A stretch of 64,000 bases of DNA from Eledone cirrhosa (GCA_964016885.1 OZ024752.1:32550001-32614000); one strand, 5' to 3'; numbered from the stretch's first letter, positions 26,801 through 43,839 are shown. Numbers and translations: made by a program. The notes: a model not told the origin generated them from the sequence alone.

Positions 26801-27309
26801 CACTGGCCTGGCAGTGCTACTGGGGGGCTCTACCCGTTCGAGAGAGGCTCTACAGACACGGGCGCCCGGGCAGGGATCCCTCCAAAAAGATTTGCCCTAG
26901 ATGCGTGCGTCACGAAGAAACCGCTGCGCACGCATTAGTGCAATGTCCGGGCGTGGCTGATCTGTGGGGCTACGCCGAGCGACTGCTGTCGCGGGTGGCG
27001 CCGATTAAATTGACCGCCGAGTCCGTGAGGACAATCAAACCGCCTCCCCTCTTCACAAAGGAAGCAAAGGCGGTTTTTCTGTGCGTAATAGCCATGTTGA
27101 AAGAGGTTGTTTGGTGGACACGATTGAAAGGTCTGAGGTCAGGCAACTTCCTCTCTGGCCATAGTCTGGTCTACTTCTTCCGATATCACTTCGGAAGAAG
27201 GATAAGAATGGAGAGAGAGGTGCTTGGCCACAGGCAGTTTTATGAAAGGTGGGTGATAGTGGCGAGAATGGCTCGTGTAAATGGGCCTTCTCTGTATACC
27301 ATCCTGTAG
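23872..27309 (+). pseudogene. LINE ORF2: APE endonuclease + reverse transcriptase + C-terminal Cys/His domain, one in-frame TAG at 24937-24939
   Basis: APE motifs CLNARGL, ICETR, VYSP, AGDWN, SYLDRFL, TDHKLV. RT motifs KSPGLDG, RPITLLN, DQSKAFDRVDH, IRQGCPL, AYADDV. C-terminal CPRC...ETAAHALVQC. ORFs 23872-24939 and 24967-27309 share a frame (offset 1095). Confidence 0.93.
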
Positions 27310-27547
27310 GTAAAGAAGTAAAGGAGAGGGGAGCACCTTCTCCATGTGCTCCCCGGGCAAAGGATTGCACACTTTTTCGGGGGTGTGTGCAACCCCCATC
27401 ACGTCCCCTCCCTTTTGAGGTTATTTTCGATTATTTTCATGTTACACCCTTTTTTACTCGATTATATGTAAACTCCCCCTTTGTATTTGTCCCTTCTTTT
27501 TATGCCTTTATGGTAAATAAAGAAATATATATATAATATATATATAT

Positions 27548-27973
27548 GCAAAAGTTTTATTTAAATTGTTGGGATACAGCAAGCAAATATTTTTATAACT
27601 GATATAAAGCACTCGACAAATATTTGGAGTAGATATACGATATTAATAAATGGAAACTATATTTATAAAACCATATTTATTTCATTATATATATTTCAAG
27701 GATACCAAGTTACATTATGGTATGCCTTCATCAGACAAAATACAATATATAACAGTTTTATAAATAGACATTGACGTACCCCTTTTAAAAATTGACCGTT
27801 GTCCTGATGGCCTCCCAAAACAACGGTCAATTTTTAAAAGGGGTACGTCAATGTCTATTTATAAAACTGTTATATATTGTATTTTGTCTGATGAAGGCAT
27901 ACCATAATGTAACTTGGTATCCTTGAAATATATATAATGAAATAAATATGGTTTTATAAATATAGTTTCCATT

Positions 27974-27978
<5 letters not shown>
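27548..27978. mobile_element. Fold-back palindrome of PLE family-A pLTR with two intact HHRs (27678-27742 minus; 27880-27944 plus)
   Basis: Near-perfect arms about 27810; tattttgt CTGATGA aggcatacc...ggtatcctt GAAA tatata TA atgaaata. Confidence 0.82.
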
Positions 27979-28033
<55 letters not shown>

Positions 28034-28046
28034 TAAAATAACAGAT

Positions 28047-28103
28047 TAAAGTTTAAGCAAAGAATCGCTGCTTTCACCCTTAACGGGATCTTCTGAAACT
28101 TTA
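28047..28103 (-). ncRNA. Hammerhead-like motif with CAGAAGA core (family B; also 8321-8369 and 50785-50833 minus, partial 21474-21514 plus)
   Basis: Minus strand: taaagttt CAGAAGA tccc gttaa gggt GAAA gcag cgattct ttgc TT aaacttta; 8-bp stem I, 5-bp stem III. Confidence 0.6.
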
Positions 28104-28113
28104 TTATTATTAT

Positions 28114-28149
<36 letters not shown>

Positions 28150-28479
28150 ATGGCAGGTAGATGTGATAATTCACTATCATATGAATTATGGCTTGCGAGA
28201 AAAATAAAAAAAATAATTAATTTGTTTAAAGTACCAGCCTTGATGTCAGTATCTTAGTACGGCGAATGTTTTTTTTTTTACAATAACATAGTACAAGTAC
28301 GTGTGTGAAATAATTTCCCAATAGGGCAGAACGTCGCAAAATTGATGCAGGGTTTAACCATTCATACTAATGTTAAGGTATTGTTCTCAAAATAAATAAC
28401 ATTGAAATCTCATATATTCAATACTCTGTAAGATAAAGCCTTTACCATGCAATTACAATAGTATATATCTCTTGTGACG

Positions 28480-28810
28480 CTAAACTCCGCCAGTTGGAGA
28501 CTGCGCATTAACACGTGATATCTCTCTCCACAAAGTTCGATTACCAGCAGCAGAGTTCAAAGAGCAAAGATGAAGTCCAGTCCATGAATTGACATTGTCA
28601 AGCCATCGTTTTGGCTGCCGGCCTCTGCTTCTCTTACCAGCCAAACTTCCTTCCAGGCATAACCTACTCACACCACGAGTTGATCTTTTTATATGGCCGT
28701 ATAGTTCGAGTACTCTTGACATGACAATTGATATAGTTGATCTAAGTTTGGTAATGTTGAGCAGCTCACTGATACAGCTACGGTCACTGAGCCGCTTTAC
28801 CAGTCATAAG
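28480..28810 (-). pseudogene. RTE-like LINE ORF C-terminal fragment
   Basis: LELYGHIKR...CLEGSLAGKRSRGRQPKRWLDNV...RTLWR. Confidence 0.72.
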
Positions 28811-29754
28811 TCTCATGATGTGGTTCTGGAATGTAGAGAGCTACTAAAGTGACCTTGTCGTCCAATTAACACAGTCAAGACCATATAACACAACTGGTAT
28901 GATGTAAGTATCAAAGATCTTAGCCTGTAAATAGTATATAGAGAGTAATATAAATGCTAAAGGGTTAAGCCGATAAAATCCACTCCAGTACTTGATTGGT
29001 ACTTTATTTTATCGAAACCCAGAAGGATGAAAGGTGAAGGGCAGAGTTGACCTTGTTGGGATTTCAAGCTCGGAATCTAGACAGTGGTGGACGTGGTAGT
29101 ACTGGTGTTGGTGGTGTAGTCTGGTACTTAGATTTAAACCAGTTTGTATTAAATGGAAATAAAGTGGATAAAGTAGATTTAAACATTTCTCTCTCGGCAT
29201 TGTCGAAAAGTAGGATGTTGTTCTTTGACAATTAGGTCTCATGAATTATGGCCAGTTCATATCTTTATCTACAACTTCTTTCACAATGCAATTGTAACCT
29301 AAACAAACATGAAAGAACAGCCGAACTCCCACCGTCATAGTTTCCATCTCTCTGGTCCTCCCCATCTCTCCGTGTGGAGAGCAAATGGCGTCCCACGTGC
29401 TGGCCTCCCCACAGCCCCGGCGGACAGAATGGAGAAGGCGTTTCCCCGGAGGATGGTAAGGGAGATGCGGTCGCAAGCTATTTTGTTGGACGCTCTACCG
29501 ATTTAGCCAATACAAAACGGTAAACAAATAAAAAAAAATTGTAAATTTTCAGTTGGCAAGAAAGGCTGAGGAAAATCGATTAAAATCAATCAATACGGAG
29601 ATGTTTACAGTATACATTGGTTTCTACCTGAATATAAATATAAAACCGGTATCAGCGTATGTAGAAAATTATATCACAGGTATATACTACATCTCTATCT
29701 ATCTCTCTCTCTCTTTATATATCTATCTATCTCTATCAATCTATCTCTATCAAT

Positions 29755-29807
<53 letters not shown>

Positions 29808-29914
29808 CACTTGCTCTTTAAATCTTTTTCCATTCTGTGTTTACAATCTCCCTCTTTCTATTTTTCTCTTCCTCTCGAACACACAAACAAGAAAAGACAT
29901 ATCCACAGTTTGTT

Positions 29915-29916
29915 GT

Positions 29917-29950
<34 letters not shown>

Positions 29951-30437
29951 GGCGGTGGAGGTGGTGAGGGTGGCGGTGGTGGTGGTGATGGTTTTAGTGG
30001 TAGAGGTGGTGAGGATGGAGGTGATGGCGGCGGCGGTGGTGGTTGTAGTGGTTGGGGTGGTGGTGATGGCGGTGGTGATGATTTTAGTGGTAGAGTGGTA
30101 GGGTGGTGGTGGTGATGGTTTTAATGGTAGAGGTGGTGAGGGTGGAGGTTGGGCGGCGGTGGTGATGGTGATGGTTTTAGTGGTAGAGGTGGTGGTGATG
30201 ATTTTAGTGGTAGAGTGGTGAGGGTGGAGGTGATGGCGGCGGTGATGGTGGTGATTGTGGTGGTGGTGATGGTTTTAGTGGTAGAGGTGGTGATAGCGGT
30301 GGTGATGATTTTAGTGGTAGAGTGGTGAGGGTGGAGGTGATGGCGGCGGTGGTGGTGGTGATTGTGGTGGTGGTGGTGATGGTTTTAGTGGTAGAGGTGG
30401 TGAGGGTGGAGGTGATGGCTGCGGTGGTGATTGGTAC

Positions 30438-30487
<50 letters not shown>

Positions 30488-31105
30488 ATGGTGGTACTGT
30501 TGACATGAGTGGTGATGGTGGTGGTGATATTGCTGGTGGTGATGGTGGTACTTTTTGTGGTGGTAGTAGTAGTGATAGTAGTACAGTTTGTGGTGGTAGT
30601 AGTGCTGGTGGTGATATTGGTATTTTTGGTCGTGGTATAAGTGGTGGTATTGGTGGTGGTGGTGGTGGTGGTGGTGGTGGTGGTGGTATTGGTGGTGGTG
30701 GTGGTGGTGGTGGTATTGGTGGTGGTGGTGGTGGTATTGCGGGTGGTGGTGGTGGTGGTGGTAGTGGTGGTGGTGGTGGTGGTATTGGTGGTGGTGGTGG
30801 TGGTATTGGTGGTGGTGGTGGTGGTATTGGTGGTGGTGGTATTGGTGGTGGTGGTGGTGGTGGTGGTATTGGTGGTGGTGGTGGTGGTGGTGGTATTGGT
30901 GGTGGTGGTGGTGGTGGTGGTATTGGTGGTATTGGTGGTGGTGGTGGTGGTGGTGGTGGTGGTGGTATTGGTGGTGGTGGTGGTGGTATTGGTGGTGGTG
31001 GTGGTGGTGGTATTGGTGGTGGTGGTGGTGGTATAAGTGATGGTGGTGGTATTGGTGGTGGTGGTCGTGGTATAAGTGATGGTATTGGTGGTGGTGGTGG
31101 TGGCC
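29915..31105. repeat. (GGT)n/(AGT)n low-complexity tract
   Basis: Trinucleotide repeats; source of the poly-G/H/V ORFs. Confidence 0.9.
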
Positions 31106-31289
31106 TCTACACATGATCATCTCACTGAGATGTTAATCAATATAACTATAAAAGTTGAACGATAGAAAGTTTGTATTTCTATCGAAAGAAATCGATTATA
31201 TCAACTTGCAGCCATTGCCATGATATGGAAAAAAAACATTTCTTCGAGCAAATATTAATCTTCTAAAAACACAGAGTACACGTGTAAAT

Positions 31290-35265
<3,976 letters not shown>

Positions 35266-35512
35266 CATAAATAATTTCAAATTACAGGCCCAGGTTATGG
35301 CAAACAAATATCAGATGTCAAAAAGCAAACAGTTTGTAAAATATCTGTGTTATATATTGGAGATTTCACTACGTAAAGATCTAGGTTTTATATTGTTTGT
35401 AAAATCTTTGTAAGGATAATAGATAACTGTTACATATATCGTAAATATTGCTTAGGGCTGAGTTATGGTATAGTGGGAAGTAGGGAAATTGTAAACACAT
35501 AAACTGAGTGGT

Positions 35513-36080
35513 GGACAGAAGACTGTGTGGTAAACAGAAGGTAGATAGAAGACTGTGTGGTAAACAGAAGGTAGACAGAAGACTGTGTGGTAAACAGAAG
35601 GTAGACAGAAGACTGTGTGGTAAACAGAAGGTAGATAGAAGACTGTGGTAAACAGAAGGTAGACAGAAGACTGTGTGGTAAACAGAAGGTAGACAGAAGA
35701 CTGTGTGGTAAACAGAAGGTAGACAGAAGACTGTGTGGTAAACAGAAGGTAGACAGAAGACTGTGTGGTAAACAGAAGGTAGACAGAAAACTGTGTGGAA
35801 AACAGAAGGTAGATAGAAGACTGTGTGGTAAACAGAAGGTAGACAGAAGACTGTGTGGTAAACAGAAGGTAGACAGAAGACTGTGTGGTAAACAGAAGGT
35901 AGACAGAAGACTGTGTGGTAAACAGAAGGTAGACAGAAGACTGTGTGGTAAACAGAAGGTAGATAGAAGACTGTGGTAAACAGAAGGTAGACAGAAGACT
36001 GTGTGGTAGACAGAAGACTGTGTGGTAAACAGAAGGTAGACAGAAGACTGTGTGGTAAACAGAAGGTAGACAGAAGACTG
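35513..36080. repeat. 30-bp minisatellite acagaagactgtgtggtaaacagaaggtag (about 19 units)
   Basis: Direct inspection. Confidence 0.92.
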
Positions 36081-36159
36081 AAGAAAAATATTTGGGAATA
36101 TTTGAGAATATGTTAAGTATGGAAAGTGAAAAAAAAAAATTGATAATGATTACTAGTAT

Positions 36160-37465
36160 AGGCTCAAGGTGAGTAATTTTGTGGGGAAGGAAGGGAAAGT
36201 CGATTAAATCGACCACACTACGTTGCTCCTACTTTATTTTATTGACCCCGTAAGGATGAAAGTCAAAGTTAACCTCGACGGGATTTGAACTCAGAACGTA
36301 GAGATGTAACTATGCTGCGATATGCCGCGAAGCAAGCTGTCCGACGCTCTAACTGTTCTGCCAATAATTATTTCTGGTATAGGCACAAGGCCAGTAATTG
36401 GGGGGGGGGGGGGGGGTTCGATTAAATCGACCCCAGTGCATTACTGGTACTTTATTTTATCGACCCCGTAAGGATGAAAGGCAAAGTTAACCTCGGCGGG
36501 ATTTGAACTCAGATCATAAAGGTCCGTAACTCTATGCTGGAAAGCATGGCGTCCGACTCTCTACCGATACTGCCAACCCACTCGCCCGCTGCCAATAATA
36601 ATTGTTTCTACTTTTGGCACAAGGCCAGCAATTACCCAGTACATTACTGGTACTTTATTTTACCGACCCCATAAGGATGAAAGGCAAAGTTAACCTCGGC
36701 GGGATTTGAACTCAAAATGGCAAGGGCCGTAACTTAATGCGTCAAAGCATGGCGTCCGACCCTCTACCGATACTGCCAAGCCAATAATAATTGTTTCTAC
36801 TTTTGGCACAAGGCCAGCAATTACCCAGTACATTACTGGTACTTTATTTTATCGACCCCGTAAGGATGAAAGGCAAAGTTGACCTCGGTGGGATTTGAGC
36901 TCAGAGCACAGGGGGTTGGAGCGAATAATGCAATACATTCTATCCGAGGTTTTAGCGACTCAGCCAATTCACTGCCAGTGTAGGAACAATGACAGGTGAA
37001 AAGTGAGGTAGATAAGGTCCTTTGAAATGTCAGGATGTTGATCGGGGAAATGGTGTGGGTGGAAGTCTGTTGCGCGTCATAATGAACGTATAGTTATGGC
37101 TTAGTCAGAGAATAAAAGGTTTCAGCCATGAACTTTTGTAGGGAAAACGAAGAACACACTGGTGAACGTATTTCACCAGTATCTTAACTATAATAAAGTA
37201 AGGAGTGCGGGACTGCGTCCAGAATATATATTTTTTACACCATTTGTAAAATAAGTTGGATTACTTTGAATAAATATTTGTTTCTACTTTTGGCACAAGG
37301 CCAGCAATTACCCAATGCATTACTGGTACTTTATTATATCGACCCCGGAAGGATGAAAGGCAAAGTTAACCTCGGCGGGATTTGAATTCAGATCATACAG
37401 GGAGGTAACTCTATGCTTCAAAGCATGGCATCCGATCCTCTACCGATACTGCCAATCCACCGCCT
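36160..37465 (-). mobile_element. Cluster of five minus-strand SINEs (four head-to-tail in 36160-36975)
   Basis: Repeated cgaccccgtaaggatgaaaggcaaagttaacctcggcgggatttgaactc. Confidence 0.8.
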
Positions 37466-38235
37466 TTGAATAAATAATGAATAAATATTACATAATTTAT
37501 ATACTAAATTTCGTAACTCTTGATTAAATATATGTTATTGCTTATTTAAAGATTCACTTGTTCAAAATTTTCAAAGTCAACACTTCCGGTTATATTATAA
37601 CACTTATAAAATAATCGTATATATTTCCGTCACTAATTTTCTCCTAATAGAGTTTATATATAATACCGTCTTTTTTAAATGTATCATGGATTACTTTACT
37701 GATTACATAAGACAGTGTAACACAGTCTTCGTTCAACTTCTGTGTATATTGTCAATTACGATTTTATTTGATGTATCATATCTACATGCATATATACTTG
37801 CGTATAATATCAATATGCACACTACACATGCTAGTTTATTTAAGGACTTTAATCAAAATTGAAGTGATGATGGTACTATCATATAACCTGGTGCTCTCTT
37901 AACCCCCTCCTGTGACACATGAAACCACATTAGCAAAGACATATATACCCGAAACGTCTAAAACAACAGCCGCTATGACTGCAAATTTTTACAACGATCT
38001 GCTCACTAGTAAAGATACTATAAGCATTTGGATTATCAAACTTAATTTTATATATACATTTTGTATATTATATAAATCACTACAGACGTTAAGAGTCAAG
38101 AGATATATGCATGGTCCCGTAACTCGTGATGGAGTCGTAGGAGCGGGGTAGAGGCATTCGACATTTCTAGGGCATTTAAGCCTGACGGAGTTCAACCCTC
38201 TCCAGGTCTAGTGAAAAAATAGCTGATGTCAAATA

Positions 38236-38554
38236 CAGTGGAACCTCGGTTCACGATCGCCTCGCATCTCAAACAAATTGGTTCACGAACATTTTTTTCC
38301 GAACATAAAACGTCTCAGTTGACGAACGGTGTCTCGAGTAACGAACACGCAAGTTGGCAATAACGATTGGCAACAAGCTGGGAGTATCTGCGGGAAAGCG
38401 TCCCTTTCTGTCTAGTTAATTACTATGGTGATATCTATCTGTCTTTCACACACAGTCTCTCTCTCTCTCTCTCAACATTTCGTATGGAAAACAATAGTTT
38501 CGGTTTACGAACATTTCGGGTGACGAACAGACTTCAGGAACCGAGGTTTCACTG
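38236..38554. mobile_element. pogo/Tigger-like MITE
   Basis: TA|cagtggaacctcggttc ... gaaccgaggtttcactg|TA. Confidence 0.75.
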
Positions 38555-38604
38555 TATATATAAAATAATTCAGTTTATTATTATTTGACAGACAGGCGGT
38601 TACA

Positions 38605-39142
38605 GTCCTTTACAGTCTGAGTTCCAATCCCGCCGAGATTAACTTTGCCTTTCATCCTTACGGGGTCGATAAAATAAAGTACCAGTAACGAACTGGGTTG
38701 ATTTAATCGACTTTCCGCTCCCCCAAAAATTACTGGCCTTGTGCCTATATAAGAATGGTAGTATCGGTAGAGGGTCGGAAGCCATGCTTTCCAGCATAGT
38801 TACGTCCCTTTACGATTTGAGTTCAAATCCCGCCGAGATTGACTTTGCCTTTCATCTTTACGGGGTCGATAAAATAAAGTACCAGTAATGCACTGGGATA
38901 ATTGCTGGCTTGTGCCTAAAGTAGAAATTATTATTATTTGAGGCAGTGGTGGCAGTGGATTGGCAGTATCGGTAGAGGGTCGGACGCCATGCTTTCCAGC
39001 ATAGTAACGTCCCTTTGCGGTCTGAGTTCAAATCCCACCGAGGTTAACTTTGCCTTTCATCCTTACGGGGTCGATAAAATAAAGTACCAGTAATGCACTG
39101 GGATAATTGCTGGCCTTGTGCCAAAAAATAGAAACAATTATT
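38605..39142 (+). mobile_element. Three tandem plus-strand SINEs
   Basis: Major SINE family, three copies. Confidence 0.8.
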
Positions 39143-39486
39143 TGACAGACATTTCTATAAGACAACTCCAAGACATTTCATCTGTATTGTTCTGAGGGAA
39201 AAATAACCAGATTATTGTTAGGAACGCAGCTAAATTTCCAGATTTCTGGATTATTAATAGAGTAGAATTCTCAAACTTCAATTTCTATTACTTAGCTATA
39301 TTTAAACTTCGATTACTTATCGAGACTTAATTGAACTATATGACTTCAGTACAATGCTTTAAATGAATATTTTGAAAACTAATAGATCTGCACTCTACTT
39401 GTCATTGATAATGCATTTATCTATTGTGTTCTTATGTTTAAAAACTGTGACAGTTCTGGATGATGGCGTGTAAGATGAGTACACGT

Positions 39487-39526
<40 letters not shown>

Positions 39527-39756
39527 GACAGGGGGGAAGAAAAAATGGCTTCACTTGTGCTTTCAACAAATTTATTTTCTTCACAAAATCCAAAAAGAAT
39601 TTTTTCCGGATTAGAAAAAATTTTTTTATTAAAAAAAATTATTTTATAAATTAAGTTGTTGGTTGTTGGTTGTATATATAGATATATATATATATATATA
39701 TATATACAAGTACACGTACTTGTGTGTGTATATATCTATATATACAAGTACACGTA

Positions 39757-39798
<42 letters not shown>

Positions 39799-39886
39799 AG
39801 TACACGTAGTTGTGTATGTGTGTATATATATATATATAAATATATACATATATATATATACAAGTACTTTTATATATATATATATA

Positions 39887-40436
39887 CGATATTAACAAAT
39901 GGAAACTATATTTATAAAACCACATTTATTTTATTATACATATTTCAAGGATACCATGTTAAATTATGGTATGCTTTCATCAGACAAAATACAATATATA
40001 CCAGTTTTATAAATAAACATTGACGTACCCTTTCAAAATGCAACCGTTACTTTTGGAAGACATCAGGATAGTGGATTTGTTTATTTTAGTAAGTCGTTGT
40101 GTTACTGCGTCTTTTTCCTTCTCCTTAACACAACGACTTACTAAAATAAACAAATCCACTATCCCGATGTCTTCCAAAAGTAACGGTTGCATTTTGAAAG
40201 GGTACGTCAATGTTTATTTATAAAACTAGTATATATTGTATTTTGTCTGATGAAGGCATACCATAATTTAACATGGTATCCTTGAAATATGTATAATAAA
40301 ATAAATATGGTTTTATAAATATAGTTTCCATTTGTTAATATCGTATATTTACTCCAAATACTTGTCAAGTGCTTTATATCAGTTATAAAAATATTTGCTT
40401 GTTCTATCCCAACAATTTAAATAGAACTTTTGCATA
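39887..40436. mobile_element. Fold-back palindrome of PLE family-A pLTR with two intact HHRs (39927-39991 minus; 40239-40303 plus)
   Basis: Arms of about 215 bp around a ~21-bp loop near 40115; right arm carries the ~90-bp tail. Confidence 0.82.
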
Positions 40437-41363
40437 TCTATATATATAAAACTGTGGTTGTCTGTCTGTCTATCGATTTTTGGCACACATCTCCTCTTAG
40501 AATCTCTCACGGAATTGCACCGAAATTGCTATACTTGTACATTGAGCCCTAGCGAAGACATCGGAAAAAAAATATTTCAAATTGACCCACCCTATGTGAC
40601 GAAATCGAATATAATGTATCGATTTTTGAGCGTACGTTATCAGTTATTTCCCTTTGTTCTGTTTACATTGAGCGTCTTACGTAAAAAATTACGCTGGCTT
40701 TCTCAGCGTTTAAAATGACATTAACACAATACACGAACAGTTGTCGAGCCAGCAAAATATTGACCTGCAAAATTCATCAGTTCGAACACTAAGCTTCCGT
40801 TTTGCTTCATTTCCATTTAAAAGCATTTTAAAACAATATTTTTACTTGAAAACAAGTCTATTTAAAGACTACGTAAAACAAGCAAATATTTCGTCGTTAG
40901 GCGTGCAGACAGACAGTCGTGCAGACAGACAGTCGTGCAGACAGATAGTCGTGCAGAGAGGTGATATAGGCGTGCAGACAGACAGTCGTGCAGAGAGGTG
41001 ATATAGGCGTGCAGACAGACAGTCGTGCAGAGAGGTGATATAGGCGTGCAGACAGACATAACTGATAATTTGGTTACGCTAATGTTTTTCTCTGCGTTGC
41101 AGTGTTTACATTTTCGATCTTTGTTAATAAATAACCAGTGCAGTTTCTATCCCCAGCATCCTCTTTTGTTATAACATTCGGGTTATCGTTATGTTTTCTT
41201 AACTTCATAAGGCATATTGTTGGTTGAGGGAATATTAATCAAAAACACCACATGCAAGTCTGCACAGTAGACACTACAGTTTTTAAGCCAAGAAAGAAAC
41301 TTAACATTGTAACTTTAACACAGCTACTGAGCGACCCCGAGCAACGCCGGGCTTTACTGCTAG
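40437..41363 (+). mobile_element. Non-autonomous Helitron
   Basis: A|TC 5' end, (GTCT)n, internal minisatellite, 3' hairpin cccg-agcaacgc-cggg, then CTAG|T. Confidence 0.8.
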
Positions 41364-41394
<31 letters not shown>

Positions 41395-41498
41395 GGAGTC
41401 CACCAATAATGTATACACACTTCAACAGCATTCTAATAAACATGTGTATAATTGTTTGGGGGGACACACCGTGTATAATATGTGTATGTCTGTGTCTC

Positions 41499-41539
<41 letters not shown>

Positions 41540-41584
41540 GAGTGACAGAGAGAGAGAAAGAGAGAGACTCTTTTTTGTATTTCT

Positions 41585-41784
41585 NNNNNNNNNNNNNNNN
41601 NNNNNNNNNNNNNNNNNNNNNNNNNNNNNNNNNNNNNNNNNNNNNNNNNNNNNNNNNNNNNNNNNNNNNNNNNNNNNNNNNNNNNNNNNNNNNNNNNNNN
41701 NNNNNNNNNNNNNNNNNNNNNNNNNNNNNNNNNNNNNNNNNNNNNNNNNNNNNNNNNNNNNNNNNNNNNNNNNNNNNNNNNNNN
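41585..41784. other. Assembly gap (200 N)
   Basis: Run of n. Confidence 0.99.
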
Positions 41785-41982
41785 CACAAGTCGATTCTCT
41801 TCGACGACATAACGTGTGGCCTTGTACTACTTTCGGAAATCAATATTTTCAGTTATATGAGCCAAAGTATTATTCACAATAAAATCAGTTCTGTTGAAGC
41901 CATATTGACGATAATCGAACGAAGAATACGCCAGAAATAATTTAGTTTCACTCACAGGTCTTTTCTTTTAAATAGTGTACAG

Positions 41983-43449
41983 CCGTTATTCAATAAGAAA
42001 TGTTGAACTTAATGCACGCAAGATTTCACAGCTCTAGCATCACTCCTTCATAGGCTGACCAAGATACTCTCATGGAATGACCAAATGAGGTTTATTTTTC
42101 AACATGGATCATGGACAGAAACAATACCGTTATTCAATAAGAAATGGTGAACGTAATGCATGCAAGATTTCACAGCTCTAGCATCAATCCTTCATGGGCT
42201 GGCCAAGATACTCTCATGGAATGACCAAATGAGGTTTATTTTTCAACATGGATCATGGACAGAAACAATACCGTTATTCAATAAGAACTGGTGAACGTAA
42301 TGCATGCAAGATTTCACAGCTCTAGTATCAATCCTTCATGGGCTGGCCAAGATACTCTCATGGAATGACCAAATTAGGTTTATTTTTCAACATGGATAAT
42401 GGACAGAAACAATACCGTTATTCAATAAGAAACGGTGAACTTAATGCATGCAAGATTTCACAGCTCTAGCATCAATCCTTCATGGGCTGGCCAAGATACT
42501 CTCATGGAATGACCAAATGAGGTTTATTTTTCAACATGGATAATGGACAGAAACAATACCGTTATTCAATAAGAAACGGTGAACTTAATGCATGCAAGAT
42601 TTCACAGCTCTAGCATCACTCTTTCATAGACTGACCAAATGAGGTTTATTCTTCAACATAGTCCCTTAAAAGAAACAATAACGTTATTCAGTAAGAAATG
42701 TTGAACTTAATGCATGCAAGATTTCACAGCTCTAGCACCACTCCTTCATAGGCTGACCAAGATACTCTCATGGAATGACCAAATGAGGTTTATTTTTCAA
42801 CATGGATCATGGACAGAAACAATACCGTTATTCAATAAGAAATGGTGAACGTAATGCATGCAAGATTTCACAGCTCTAGCATCAATCCTTCATGGGCTGG
42901 CCAAGATACTCTCATGGAATGACCAAATGAGGTTTATTTTTCAACATGGATCATGGACAGAAACAATACCGTTATTCAATAAGAACTGGTGAACGTAATG
43001 CATGCAAGATTTCACAGCTCTAGTATCAATCCTTCATGGGCTGGCCAAGATACTCTCATGGAATGACCAAATTAGGTTTATTTTTCAACATGGATAATGG
43101 ACAGAAACAATACCGTTATTCAATAAGAAACGGTGAACTTAATGCATGCAAGATTTCACAGCTCTAGCATCAATCCTTCATGGGCTGGCCAAGATACTCT
43201 CATGGAATGACCAAATGAGGTTTATTTTTCAACATGGATAATGGACAGAAACAATACCGTTATTCAATAAGAAACGGTGAACTTAATGCATGCAAGATTT
43301 CACAGCTCTAGCATCACTCTTTCATAGACTGACCAAATGAGGTTTATTCTTCAACATAGTCCCTTAAAAGAAACAATAACGTTATTCAATAAGAAATGTT
43401 GAACTTAATGCATGCAAGATTTCACAGCTCTAGCATCACTCTTTCATAG
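41983..43449. repeat. 144-bp satellite with a 698-bp higher-order repeat (4x144 + 122), twice
   Basis: Unit starts at 41983, 42127, 42271, 42415, 42559, 42681, 42825 ... 43379. Confidence 0.9.
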
Positions 43450-43785
43450 TCACAGCTCGTCCACGCCCGGACCATATCCTTGTGGTTGTGTTCATTAAGC
43501 AGTTAATGAGTGTTTATGTATCGACACTATAGTATACAGTGTGTATATATCAAATGAAATTCCTGTCTATTTACAGAATATTTTCTACAGTGGTTCAATC
43601 ATCACCCCCCCCCCCCCGTCTAGTACTGAGACCCCATTTGCTCACCCTACGTAGAGATGGGGAGGGCGAGAGAGATAGAGACAGTGGGAGTTCGGCTCTT
43701 CCACGTTGAGACCATATCCATGTGGTTGTGTTTAAAGAGACTATCAATGTGTTAACACCTGCTTTCTCCTTTTTTTTTTTTTACT

Positions 43786-43821
<36 letters not shown>

Positions 43822-43839
43822 CGTATACACACACACACA

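Larger units (their letters stand above)
21710..27527 (+). mobile_element. Full-length non-LTR retrotransposon, L1/Tx1 group (ORF1 + APE-RT ORF2), inserted in a TA-rich tract
   Basis: About 230-bp 5' UTR, two ORFs 31 bp apart, pyrimidine-rich 3' UTR ending aaataaagaa. Candidate TSD tatatataatatatatata at 21691-21709 and 27528-27546. GC content visibly above the flanks. Confidence 0.92.

Noticed and set aside
30322-31120. Gly-rich (264 aa) and His-rich (227 aa) ORFs resembling structural proteins
   Set aside because: A (GGT)n tract open in several frames, with no signal peptide or complex domain.
35513-36080. 30-bp array as a CRISPR or coding repeat
   Set aside because: Units are contiguous with no unique spacers, 28-bp variants break the frame, and the context is eukaryotic.
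40007-40223. Mirror 67-aa ORFs on both strands (also 59770-60205)
   Set aside because: Artefact of palindromic DNA.
41983-43449. 144-bp repeat as a coding repeat (48 codons) or CRISPR
   Set aside because: No long ORF in the track, 122-bp units break the frame, and there are no spacers.
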